Made by a program: the position numbers and the translations under genes. Source: Copranaerobaculum intestinale (GTDB lineage Bacteria > Bacillota_I > Bacilli_A > Erysipelotrichales > Erysipelotrichaceae). Taken from it: a DNA stretch of 32,000 nt. This document shows, one piece after another, positions 8,179-16,752 of this stretch (the stretch's first letter is position 1; each line of letters opens with the position of its first letter). The notes beneath the pieces were generated by a model that saw only the letters and a program-made list of their open reading frames with translations, did not search any database and was not told the DNA's origin. The stretch lies in the NCBI RefSeq assembly GCF_009831105.1, contig NZ_WUUQ01000001.1, positions 60,001-92,000 of the forward strand, given 5' to 3'.

Positions 8179-9901
8179 CTCCCCGAATCATTTCCAGTTC
8201 TTGCTGGGCGGAATAAAGCTCATAATATTTCCCTCGTTTTTTCATCAAAGCCTGATGACTGCCCGATTCCTGCAATGCTCCGTTATCCAGCAAATAAATA
8301 TGATCGCATTCAGTCATAGCACGCAAGCGATGCGTGATCATAAAGATCGTTTTCTTAGATCGCAATTCCTGAATGACATCTAAGATTGCCTGTTCACTTT
8401 CGCTGTCAATATTACTGGTAGCTTCATCAAAGATATAAAAAACACAATCTTTTAATAAAGCTCGCGCCAACACCAAACGCTGCCGCTGTCCCCCGGAGAA
8501 ATTCGCACCGCCTTCTTCGAGTTCCGTATCCAATCCCCCTTGCGATTGTATAAAGGCATCAAGCCGGACTTGTTTGAGCGCCCTCCACATGGCATCATCA
8601 TTCGCATATTCATTACCCATCAGCAGATTTTCTTTTACCGTACCTTTTGCGATAAATCCCTGATGTCCAACATAACAGGCAGATTTCCAAAAGGATGCAT
8701 CCTCAATTTTTGAACGCTCCTGTTTTCCGCAGGTAATATGACCGCGGTAATCCTTCCGCATGCCGCATAATACTTTCGCCAGTGTACTCTTGCCGCTGCC
8801 ACTGACTCCGCACACGCCGATAAAGGTTCCTTTAGGAATATCCAGATGAATCTTCTTCAAAACATCCTGATCCTTCAGATAACCATACTGCAAATTTTCC
8901 ACATGAATCGGAAAGAGTGAATCCGTCAATGAATCCGTTGATGCTTTATCTTCCTGTATATCTAAAATACGAAAGATCTTATCACTGGCAGTCATACCAT
9001 TCATGGCGATATGAAAATAAGAACCAAGCAGCCGCAGCGGTAAAAAGAATTCTGAGGATAACAGAATAATCAAAAGCACACCGACCAGTGATAAACTGCC
9101 GTTTATATATGCAAATGCCGCAGTAATACAGCCTAAAGCAGCGCCTCCGTAGGCAATCATATCCATAACACTGACGGAATTCAGCTGCATCGTAAGCACC
9201 TTCATCGTAATACGGCGGAACTGCTCCGCTTCCTTATTCATTTCATGATGCTTCCATTCATCGGCCTGATAAATTTTTAATGTTGTCAATCCCTGCAGAT
9301 TATCGAGAAAACTGTCACCCAAGTCGGTATATGCCCCCCAATAGCGGCTCAGCAAGCGTTTCGCAAATTTTTGTACCGCAATGATGGAAATCGGTATCAA
9401 CGGAACAAAGATCAGCAGCACCAAAGCGCTTTTCCACTCTATCCAAACAAGCATTACAAATAGTGTGATCGGTGCTAACATACTGTAAAAGAACTGTGGC
9501 AGATATCGGCCAAAATAAATTTCGAGCTGATCGATTCCCTCAACGCTCAGCTGTACAAGCTCACTGGTGGAAACATATGCCTGATAATTCTGTTTCAAAT
9601 GAAGCAGCTTATCATAGATCGCATAACGCAGTTGATTTTTCACAGTGCAGGATGCAAGATGGGAATAATACTGAACCCGGCTTGCACAAAGCATCTTTAA
9701 TCCGATCAAAACAAGCATACCGCCAAAACCGTACCCCAGATCACCGTGGGTCAGCACGCCCTGTCCAGCACGCTGAATCTGCTCCGCTGCCAGAAACAGA
9801 ATTCCAGCATTTGCCAACAGTGAAACCCACTGTAAACCTACCTGATACCAAACATATTTACGTGCACTCGGCACTTCCTTCAATAATCGTTTCTTGATCA
9901 T
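8162..9901 (-). CDS. cydD: ABC exporter fused permease/ATPase, CydD-like subunit
   Basis: 579 aa with Walker A GVSGSGKST, signature FSGGQRQR and Walker B YIFDEATS. The TMD motifs YLPQ and SSEFFLPLRLLGSYFH resemble CydD's APEFFQPLRDLGTFYH. Confidence 0.7.
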   Translation of the reverse strand: MIKKRLLKEVPSARKYVWYQVGLQWVSLLANAGILFLAAEQIQRAGQGVLTHGDLGYGFGGMLVLIGLKMLCASRVQYYSHLASCTVKNQLRYAIYDKLLHLKQNYQAYVSTSELVQLSVEGIDQLEIYFGRYLPQFFYSMLAPITLFVMLVWIEWKSALVLLIFVPLIPISIIAVQKFAKRLLSRYWGAYTDLGDSFLDNLQGLTTLKIYQADEWKHHEMNKEAEQFRRITMKVLTMQLNSVSVMDMIAYGGAALGCITAAFAYINGSLSLVGVLLIILLSSEFFLPLRLLGSYFHIAMNGMTASDKIFRILDIQEDKASTDSLTDSLFPIHVENLQYGYLKDQDVLKKIHLDIPKGTFIGVCGVSGSGKSTLAKVLCGMRKDYRGHITCGKQERSKIEDASFWKSACYVGHQGFIAKGTVKENLLMGNEYANDDAMWRALKQVRLDAFIQSQGGLDTELEEGGANFSGGQRQRLVLARALLKDCVFYIFDEATSNIDSESEQAILDVIQELRSKKTIFMITHRLRAMTECDHIYLLDNGALQESGSHQALMKKRGKYYELYSAQQELEMIRGGERYA

Positions 9902-9953
9902 TCATTCACCATCCCTTATATAGTTAGCCTTGGCTTACTTAACACATGAAGAG

Positions 9954-9982
9954 AGTTTAGCATTCCCTTTTCCTCTTGTCAA
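9954..9982 (-). promoter_or_regulatory. Sigma-A-type promoter for cydDC
   Basis: Minus strand: TTGACA (9977-9982), a 17-nt spacer, then TAAACT (9954-9959). Confidence 0.55.
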
Positions 9983-10052
9983 TCCCTTTGTTAGATATGG
10001 ATAACTTTTCCGACTCACCAACAGCAGTACGTGTTTTATTAAGAAAGATCAT

Positions 10053-10080
10053 AAAAAACGGATACCGCTTTCGATATCCG
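10053..10080 (-). terminator. Rho-independent terminator downstream of glgB
   Basis: Minus strand: CGGATATCG-AAAG-CGGTATCCG followed by T6. It lies about 165 nt after the glgB stop. Confidence 0.75.
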
Positions 10081-10245
10081 CTGTTTTATTTTCTGCTTAC
10101 ACTCCCCTAGCCAATCGAGCTTCTAGCCATGTATACCATATGGATTACCATGATCAACTGTTTTCGCTCCGCATTTACTCAATTTTGTTCTAAACGATTT
10201 CCCATAAGCCTTGCGGCATGTATCTATAAGCAAAATGAAGTATGT

Positions 10246-12162
10246 CTAATCACCAGCAGCGATTTTTTTCGAAGCTTTTTTCACTGTTTTTTTAATTGGT
10301 TTCTTTTCTGCTTTATCAGCTGCATTTTTAACCGCGCGCTTCTTCACTTCCAACATGACACCGCCAAAGCTCGGTACATCCACAATTATCCGATACGGAA
10401 GCTGATCGCATTCTGCTTTTACCGCCTTGACCGCCTTGGAATTTACCATATTACCGCCGGCATAGATATCCTGATCGGTGTTCAAAATTTCCTTATAGGA
10501 ACCTGCTTTCAACACTCCGAAAGCATGTTGCCGATAAGCATTCGGTGACATATTTAATATTACAACAACATCGCTCGTTGAACCGATGCGAATATAGCTG
10601 AATAAATTCTCATCCGCATCATCCGCGTTGATCCATCGGAAACTGTCTATACTGTAATCATTCTCATGAAGCGCCGGAATATTTGAGTAGCATTCCCCCA
10701 GTTTCGCAAAGAAGCGGTGAAAGGCATCATGTACCGGATAACCGAGTAAGAACCAATCGTTTTCCTTGCTCTCATCCCACTCGCGAAAATGTGCAAATTC
10801 ATTCCCCATAAAATTCAACTTTTTGCCGGGATGGGTAAACATATACATATACAGGGTTCGCAGCTGGGCAAATTTTTCCTCATAGGTTCCCCATATTTTA
10901 TCAACGATCGTCTTCTTACCGTGTACGACTTCATCGTGTGAAAACGGCAACAGAAATTTTTCCGAATAGAAATAAGCCATGGAAAAGGTAATTTGATTAT
11001 GGTGCCATTTACGGTAGACCGGATCCAGCTCCATATACTTCAAGGTATCATTCATCCAGCCCAAATCCCACTTATAATCAAATCCCAACCCCATATCCAG
11101 GGTGGACTTTGTGACATTTGGAAAATCACTGGAATCTTCCGCAATCAGCATTACTCCCGGGTAACGGCGGTGCAGATTGTAATTCATGCGGCGGATAAAT
11201 GCCAGCGCACCTTCATTGACGCCATTATCACGATTGCCGTGCCAGTAGATAATATTAGAAATCGCATCCATGCGCAAACCGTCGATATGATATTTATCCA
11301 GCCAAAAGGAAGCGGCTGACATTAAGAAGCTGCGAACAGTTTCACTCCACAAATCAAAGTTGGAGGTTCCCCATTGACTGTTGGCATCGACATCCTTTTG
11401 ATACTCATACAAAGGAGTTCCATCAAAATAAGACAGTGAGAAATCATCGCGGACAAAATGCACCGGAACGTAATCCAGAATTACCCCAATGCCCGCCTTA
11501 TGGCACTGATCGATTAAGCTCATGAGATCTTCACAGCTGCCGTAACGGGAAGTCGCCGCAAAGTAACCGCTGCACTGATAGCCCCATGAACCGTCAAACG
11601 GATACTCGTTCAATGGCATAAACTCAAGATGCGTAAAATGATGCTCCTTCGCATAGGCGATCAATTCTTTCGCAATCTCACGATACGTATACCAAGAGCC
11701 ATCTTCCTTCTGCTTCCAGGAACCGATATGTACTTCATAGATATTCATGGCCTTAGAAACATTACGGTCGCGATTTTTCATCCATGTCTCATCATGCCAG
11801 TGAAAGTCAAGATCAGTCACGATAGATGCAGTATTCGGACGCAGTTCGCTGTGAAATGCATACGGATCCATCTTATCCACAACTCGCCCGTCAGCCTGTG
11901 TTACCCGATATTTATACATATCGCCATGCTTGACATCCGGTATAAACAAGGAATAGACACCAGATTCATCAGCACGCTTCATGACACAGCCCTCACAGCT
12001 CCAGTCATTGAAAGAACCGATCACCTGAATCGACATGGCATGCGGCGCATAGACAGTAAATCTCGCTCCCTTTCTGCCCTCAAAACAGAGATGTGCTCCA
12101 AATAGCTCATAAGCCTCCAGACAATGTCCGGCATAGAATTTTTCCAGCTTTAATCTATCCAT
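10246..12162 (-). CDS. glgB: 1,4-alpha-glucan branching enzyme (GH13_9) with a Lys-rich C-terminal tail
   Basis: Motifs GVILDYVPVHF, GLRMDAISN, MLIAEDSS and FSHDEVVHGK. The track ORF begins at GTG 12180, but the ATG at 12162 (MDRLKLEKFY) is preceded by GGGAGAG at good spacing, so I prefer 12162. Confidence 0.93.
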   Translation of the reverse strand: MDRLKLEKFYAGHCLEAYELFGAHLCFEGRKGARFTVYAPHAMSIQVIGSFNDWSCEGCVMKRADESGVYSLFIPDVKHGDMYKYRVTQADGRVVDKMDPYAFHSELRPNTASIVTDLDFHWHDETWMKNRDRNVSKAMNIYEVHIGSWKQKEDGSWYTYREIAKELIAYAKEHHFTHLEFMPLNEYPFDGSWGYQCSGYFAATSRYGSCEDLMSLIDQCHKAGIGVILDYVPVHFVRDDFSLSYFDGTPLYEYQKDVDANSQWGTSNFDLWSETVRSFLMSAASFWLDKYHIDGLRMDAISNIIYWHGNRDNGVNEGALAFIRRMNYNLHRRYPGVMLIAEDSSDFPNVTKSTLDMGLGFDYKWDLGWMNDTLKYMELDPVYRKWHHNQITFSMAYFYSEKFLLPFSHDEVVHGKKTIVDKIWGTYEEKFAQLRTLYMYMFTHPGKKLNFMGNEFAHFREWDESKENDWFLLGYPVHDAFHRFFAKLGECYSNIPALHENDYSIDSFRWINADDADENLFSYIRIGSTSDVVVILNMSPNAYRQHAFGVLKAGSYKEILNTDQDIYAGGNMVNSKAVKAVKAECDQLPYRIIVDVPSFGGVMLEVKKRAVKNAADKAEKKPIKKTVKKASKKIAAGD

Positions 12163-12422
12163 ATGATTCTCTCCCTTCACTTCTTATTTTATTGTAACTC
12201 ATTTTACAGGGATTGCCCATAGATAAAACCGGTAATTTGTCGTATGCCCGATGTCTGATTAATTGGTTTTCTCAACCTGTTTTCCGCAAAAACACGCAGT
12301 TTAAAGAGTTCTGTGTCTATTTAGCCATACAGCCATTTGAAAAAGGAAGTAATTTTCTCATCATTTATATAGAAAACATAACCACTGTTTTTTTAAATTA
12401 TAAACATTTTCTATTTAACAAC

Positions 12423-12452
12423 TTGTATTATAACGTTATATTATGTTATACT
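12423..12452 (+). promoter_or_regulatory. Sigma-A-type promoter of the 12.5-18.0 kb operon
   Basis: TTGTAT (12423-12428), an 18-nt spacer, then TATACT (12447-12452). It lies about 45 nt upstream of the ATG at 12498. Confidence 0.5.
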
Positions 12453-12458
12453 GGTATT
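12429..12458 (+). promoter_or_regulatory. Candidate operator elements inside the operon promoter
   Basis: A perfect 12-bp palindrome TATAACGTTATA (12429-12440) sits in the spacer. TACTGGTATT (12449-12458) overlaps the -10. Both recur upstream of the transporter gene at 19657-19683. Confidence 0.45.
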
Positions 12459-12497
12459 GGATAGAAGCAAAACAACTTATTTTGCGAGGAAAGAGAC

Positions 12498-14036
12498 ATG
12501 AAAGATGAGGCTATTTTAGTTTTAAGAGCCGACAATGTTTTCCCGGCTGACGGTACTCCCCCGTTTCGCGGATTTGTAGCGATCCAAGGTTCTGATATCG
12601 CAGCGGTCGGCACCGATGATGTGATCCAGCCATGGTTGGATCAGGCACAAAAAGTCATAGAGCTCGGTGATAAGGTCATTACCCCGGGCTATTGTGATGT
12701 TCACACGTTTTTCAGCGGTTGGGTATTGCGCAGTTTGGGCATTGACTTCACTGATGTACACACGGTAAGTGAAGGGATCACCGCACTTCAGGAATATGCG
12801 AAAACAAGAGTAGACAAACCCTTGTTCGGGCATAACCTGCATCCTGATTTTCCCAATGCGGATGTCGACGAATTAAATCGTGCATTCCCGCATACGCCGG
12901 TTGTGATTTTTACCTTTGATCGCGACACCTGCTGGATGAATGAAGCCGCGAGACAAGCTTATGGATTTACACCGGAGGAGTGTTATGCGGAAAAGATCGT
13001 AAAGATGATGGCGGAGTATCTGAAGGATACGGAAATGGAAGAAAAATACCTCGCATATATGCGAATGCTGAATGAGCGCGGGGTAACTTCCATTAAAGAG
13101 ATGACCTTTGACACATATTATGGTTTCATGGATGTGATGGAGAAGCTTGAACAGGAAAAGAAACTGACGGTTCGCGTTGACATGATGTCTCAGCCGGTAG
13201 CAGAGGGTATCAACATTCCTCACGGCCTAGCCATGCGGGAACGTTTCCACAGTGAATTTCTGCAGTTCAGCGGATACAACCGCATGACCGATCGCGGTAT
13301 TCCATCTTCTCTAGCAGAGCTGATCGAACCTTATAAATCACATCCGGGTGTTACCTGCACAGTACCGGTAGAATGGGATTTGATTGAACAGGAAACGCTG
13401 GAAGCGGATCGAAATGGATTCCGCTATTCCCTGCATGCGCAGGGTGACGGCGCAGTACGCCACTGTGTGGAACTGTTCGACCGCTGTGAAAAAGTAAACG
13501 GCAAGCTCAAAAATCGTCATGCGATCACCGATCTGGAATATTCAAATCCAAAGGATTTAGAGAAATTCGGAAAGATCGGCGGCATCACGGAAATCTATTC
13601 TCAGATCCAGTCTCTGGACAATAAGCAGGATGTTATGGATATGATCGATCATCAGCTGGGCATGGAGCGAAGTGTCAACTACTGGAACCGCCGAATCATG
13701 TGGGACAGCGGAATAACCGTATCCTGCGGTACTGATCTGCCCTTATTGATTCCCGATATTCCCGAAGGAATTTACTGCGGCTGCGGCGGCTACTTCAAGG
13801 ACGGTCAGAGTTTCAATAAAGGAAATATGCTGACGGTGGAAGAAATGCTGACTGCCTGGACGCGCAACGGACAGATCAACTGCGGGCGTGACGCCTATGT
13901 CGGCACCCTGACAGCCGGCAAGCGCGCCGATATCGCGGTACTCGACCAGAATGTCTTCACCAAAGAACTGGCAGATATGCGGGATGTGAAGGTATGTCTC
14001 ACCATCAGCGATGGACGCATCGTTTATGAAAACTGA
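12498..14036 (+). CDS. Amidohydrolase-3 (YtcJ-like) family metal-dependent hydrolase
   Basis: 512 aa. The N-terminal beta-sandwich ends ...ITPGYCDVHTF, followed by the TIM-barrel ligand-like motifs SLHAQGDGA, NRHAITDLE and SCGTDLP, then the C-terminal GKRADIAVLD...GRIVYE typical of this family. Confidence 0.75.
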   Translation: MKDEAILVLRADNVFPADGTPPFRGFVAIQGSDIAAVGTDDVIQPWLDQAQKVIELGDKVITPGYCDVHTFFSGWVLRSLGIDFTDVHTVSEGITALQEYAKTRVDKPLFGHNLHPDFPNADVDELNRAFPHTPVVIFTFDRDTCWMNEAARQAYGFTPEECYAEKIVKMMAEYLKDTEMEEKYLAYMRMLNERGVTSIKEMTFDTYYGFMDVMEKLEQEKKLTVRVDMMSQPVAEGINIPHGLAMRERFHSEFLQFSGYNRMTDRGIPSSLAELIEPYKSHPGVTCTVPVEWDLIEQETLEADRNGFRYSLHAQGDGAVRHCVELFDRCEKVNGKLKNRHAITDLEYSNPKDLEKFGKIGGITEIYSQIQSLDNKQDVMDMIDHQLGMERSVNYWNRRIMWDSGITVSCGTDLPLLIPDIPEGIYCGCGGYFKDGQSFNKGNMLTVEEMLTAWTRNGQINCGRDAYVGTLTAGKRADIAVLDQNVFTKELADMRDVKVCLTISDGRIVYEN

Positions 14037-14086
14037 ACAATGGATGAAATCCAATCAGATAAATGTATAGGAAAAGGAGAATGAAT

Positions 14087-15055
14087 ATGAATGCAAATGA
14101 AGTAATTACAAAGGTGTTAAAAGAAAAAGGCAGTATCAAACAGGTTTATTGGGTAGCATGCGGCGGATCTTTGATCGATCTGTATCCGGCACACTGTCTG
14201 TTGAATGCAGAAAGTGCGGAAATTGAATCCGGCTGGATTACCGCAGCGGAATTTAATCTGACGACGCCTAAGAAGGTTGGAAAAAACTCATTGGTGGTTG
14301 TCTGTTCACACTCTGGAAATACCCCGGAAGCATTTGAAGCAGCAGTCAAATCTACTGAACTGGGCGCTTCAGTTATTACCTTAACTGATAATGCCGGTTC
14401 TAAATGCGATGACAGTCGTTTTATCACTTGGGTGTATCCTTGGGGTGAAGGCGTGCCGACTAAAGAAGTGCCGATCGGCATTACCCTGATGCTGGCAGCT
14501 GAGTTGATCAAGGCACAGGAAGGCTTCCCGAAATACGATGTCCTGGCAAAAGCCGTAACCGATATCGATCCGATCATTGAAAGTGCAAAAGTAAAAGTAA
14601 ATAATGAGCTGGGTGAAAAATTCGCTGATGTATGTGAAAAGCATGACTTTTTCTACATTTTAGGAAGCGGTCCCAACTTCTCACAGACCTATGGATTCGC
14701 TATCTGTTCCCTGATGGAAATGCAGTGGCAGCACTGCTCCTACATCAACAGTGCCGAATACTTCCATGGTCCATTTGAATGTACTGAAAACGGTGTATTC
14801 TACTTCTTACAGAAAGGCAGCGGTGTTAACCGGGTATGTGATGAACGTGCTGAGGCCTTCTTGAAAACGCATACCGATGCATATATGGTGCTGGATGCTA
14901 TGGAATACGGCATGGATAAGCTTGATGCCAGCGTCCGTGACTTTGTTGAACCGGCATTGTTCTATGCAATGAATGTGGAGCTTCGCGCAGCCCGCGGAAA
15001 ACGCTTTGATCATGATCCGGAAACCCGTCGTTACATGGGCATTGAAAAGTATTAA
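14087..15055 (+). CDS. frlB: FrlB/FraB-like fructosamine-6-phosphate deglycase (double SIS domain)
   Basis: By eye it aligns with E. coli FrlB along its whole length (VACGGS, SHSGNTPE, GSGPN, EYFHGPFE, and the C-terminal HDPETRRYMGIEKY against HNPDERRYYGGLVEY). I chose the start at 14087 because the AAAGGAGA RBS lies 7 nt upstream; the track ORF starts at 14063. Confidence 0.8.
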   Translation: MNANEVITKVLKEKGSIKQVYWVACGGSLIDLYPAHCLLNAESAEIESGWITAAEFNLTTPKKVGKNSLVVVCSHSGNTPEAFEAAVKSTELGASVITLTDNAGSKCDDSRFITWVYPWGEGVPTKEVPIGITLMLAAELIKAQEGFPKYDVLAKAVTDIDPIIESAKVKVNNELGEKFADVCEKHDFFYILGSGPNFSQTYGFAICSLMEMQWQHCSYINSAEYFHGPFECTENGVFYFLQKGSGVNRVCDERAEAFLKTHTDAYMVLDAMEYGMDKLDASVRDFVEPALFYAMNVELRAARGKRFDHDPETRRYMGIEKY

Positions 15056-15090
15056 AAAGATCAAAAACATTTAAATAGGAGAAAACAATT

Positions 15091-15948
15091 ATGACATATC
15101 ATGTAAATGTGTTAGGCTTTGGCGATAATGTTGTTGATAAATATGAACATCTCAAAACGATGTACCCTGGCGGTAATACGGTAAACTTCGCCGTCTACGC
15201 GAAAATGTTCGGCGCGCAGCGCGCAGCCTACATGGGAATCTTCGGTGATGATAAAGAAGCCGAGCATGTCATCACTTCCATGCAGGAAGAGGATATTGAA
15301 TTGATTAAATGCCGTCAGGTTGTCGGTGAAAACGGATGCGCACGGGCAACGGTAATTGATAATGACCGGGTTTTCCTGGGATCCAATGAAGGCGGCATCC
15401 GCGGTGAAATGCTGTTTGCCCTAGATCGCTTTGATATGGAGTATGTGAAACAATTTGATTTGGTTCACAGCGGAAACTACTGCTTCACGGAACGTCAGCT
15501 GCCAAAAATCAAAAAAGCCGGTGTCCCGATCAGCTTTGACTTCTCAGATGATTCCACTAAGGAATATTATGAACAGATTGCACCAATGGTTGATTATGCC
15601 TTTATGTCTTGCTCAGAGATGAGTGAAGCGGACGTAAAAGAACACCTGAAAATGGTTGTAGGACTGGGTCCTAAATTTGCTTGTGCGAGCCGCGGTGCCG
15701 ATGGATGCATCGCTTATGACGGCAAAGAATTCTATCATCAAAGCGCAAAGCCGGTTGAAAATATTGTTGATACGATGGGGGCCGGTGACAGCTTACTAAC
15801 CTCTTTCTTAGTAGGTTATGTTGAGAAAGTAAAAGATGGCAAAGCAGGACCGGATGCCATCCGTGAATGTCTGGACAAGGCAGCTGGATTTGCATCTAAG
15901 ATTTGCGGCGTAGCGGGTGCATGGGGACATGGAAAGATCTATGAATAA
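15091..15948 (+). CDS. frlD: PfkB-family fructosamine (fructoselysine) 6-kinase-like, copy 1
   Basis: 285 aa. It shares FrlD-like motifs: GDNVVDKY, GGNTVNFAVY, DNDRVF, FDFSD and DTMGAGDS. Confidence 0.8.
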   Translation: MTYHVNVLGFGDNVVDKYEHLKTMYPGGNTVNFAVYAKMFGAQRAAYMGIFGDDKEAEHVITSMQEEDIELIKCRQVVGENGCARATVIDNDRVFLGSNEGGIRGEMLFALDRFDMEYVKQFDLVHSGNYCFTERQLPKIKKAGVPISFDFSDDSTKEYYEQIAPMVDYAFMSCSEMSEADVKEHLKMVVGLGPKFACASRGADGCIAYDGKEFYHQSAKPVENIVDTMGAGDSLLTSFLVGYVEKVKDGKAGPDAIRECLDKAAGFASKICGVAGAWGHGKIYE

Positions 15949-16741
15949 ACCAACAGCGATTGCGGTTGGATTCTCATGTGTGGATATTTATGAAAAATTA
16001 GATAAATTCTATCCGACGGGAAATGGTGTGGACTGGGGAGTCCACCTTTCTCGTATGGGTATCCCGGTGAGCATTCTTTCCGTAGTAGGTACTGATGCCT
16101 ACGGCGCAAAAATGAAGGAAGCATTAACCAAAGAAGGCTTTGATATCTCACATCTGCGGACGGCGCAAGGGGAAACATGCAAAATGCTGATGGATTTGAA
16201 AAACGGTGTTGACCGGGTTCATTTAGAAGAGATTGAAGGGGTTATGAAAGACTTCGCGCTCAGCGAAGAGGATAAGGCATACATTAAAACCTTTGACTAT
16301 ATGCATACCGATTTATTTGGAAATGTACTGCCGGATTTAAAGGAACTGCATGAATCCGGAATTCAAATTGTCATGGATTTCTCAACCTTCAGCGATGAGG
16401 ATGAATTTCATGCGAAAGACTGTTTTGAATACGTCGATTATGCATTCCTGTCTTATGAGCAGGAAGATGACTATATTTTACAGCATATTAAGAACATTCA
16501 GGCTCACGGTCCAAAAATTGTAACCGCAACGCTCGGGGAAAACGGCAGTGTCAGCTACGATGGCAAACAGTACTATCACTGCGGTATCGAACCGGTTGAA
16601 GTGGTAAATACCGTAGGTGCTGGTGATTCATATATTGCCGGGTTTACGTACGGCATTATGATGGGATGGGATATTCCCGCCTGCATGAAAAACGGCGCGC
16701 ATACCAGTGCCGGTGTCATTACAAAGTTTGAACCTTACTAG
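15941..16741 (+). CDS. PfkB-family fructosamine kinase-like, copy 2 (divergent paralogue)
   Basis: EGVMKDFALSEEDKAYI closely matches E. coli FrlD's EGVMADFALSEEDYAWL, and it also has TLGENGS and NTVGAGDSYIAGF. The ATG at 15941 overlaps the stop of copy 1 (ATGAATAA); the track ORF starts at 15917. Confidence 0.75.
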   Translation: MNKPTAIAVGFSCVDIYEKLDKFYPTGNGVDWGVHLSRMGIPVSILSVVGTDAYGAKMKEALTKEGFDISHLRTAQGETCKMLMDLKNGVDRVHLEEIEGVMKDFALSEEDKAYIKTFDYMHTDLFGNVLPDLKELHESGIQIVMDFSTFSDEDEFHAKDCFEYVDYAFLSYEQEDDYILQHIKNIQAHGPKIVTATLGENGSVSYDGKQYYHCGIEPVEVVNTVGAGDSYIAGFTYGIMMGWDIPACMKNGAHTSAGVITKFEPY

Positions 16742-16752
16742 GAGGTGAAGCT

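Noticed and set aside
12213-12464. 83-aa ORF in the glgB/operon intergenic region
   Set aside because: It has a non-ATG start and no RBS, and it is an AT-rich low-complexity translation (…FLIIYIENITTVFLNYKHFLFNNLYYNVIL…). It also runs straight through the predicted promoter and operator, so it is most likely non-coding.
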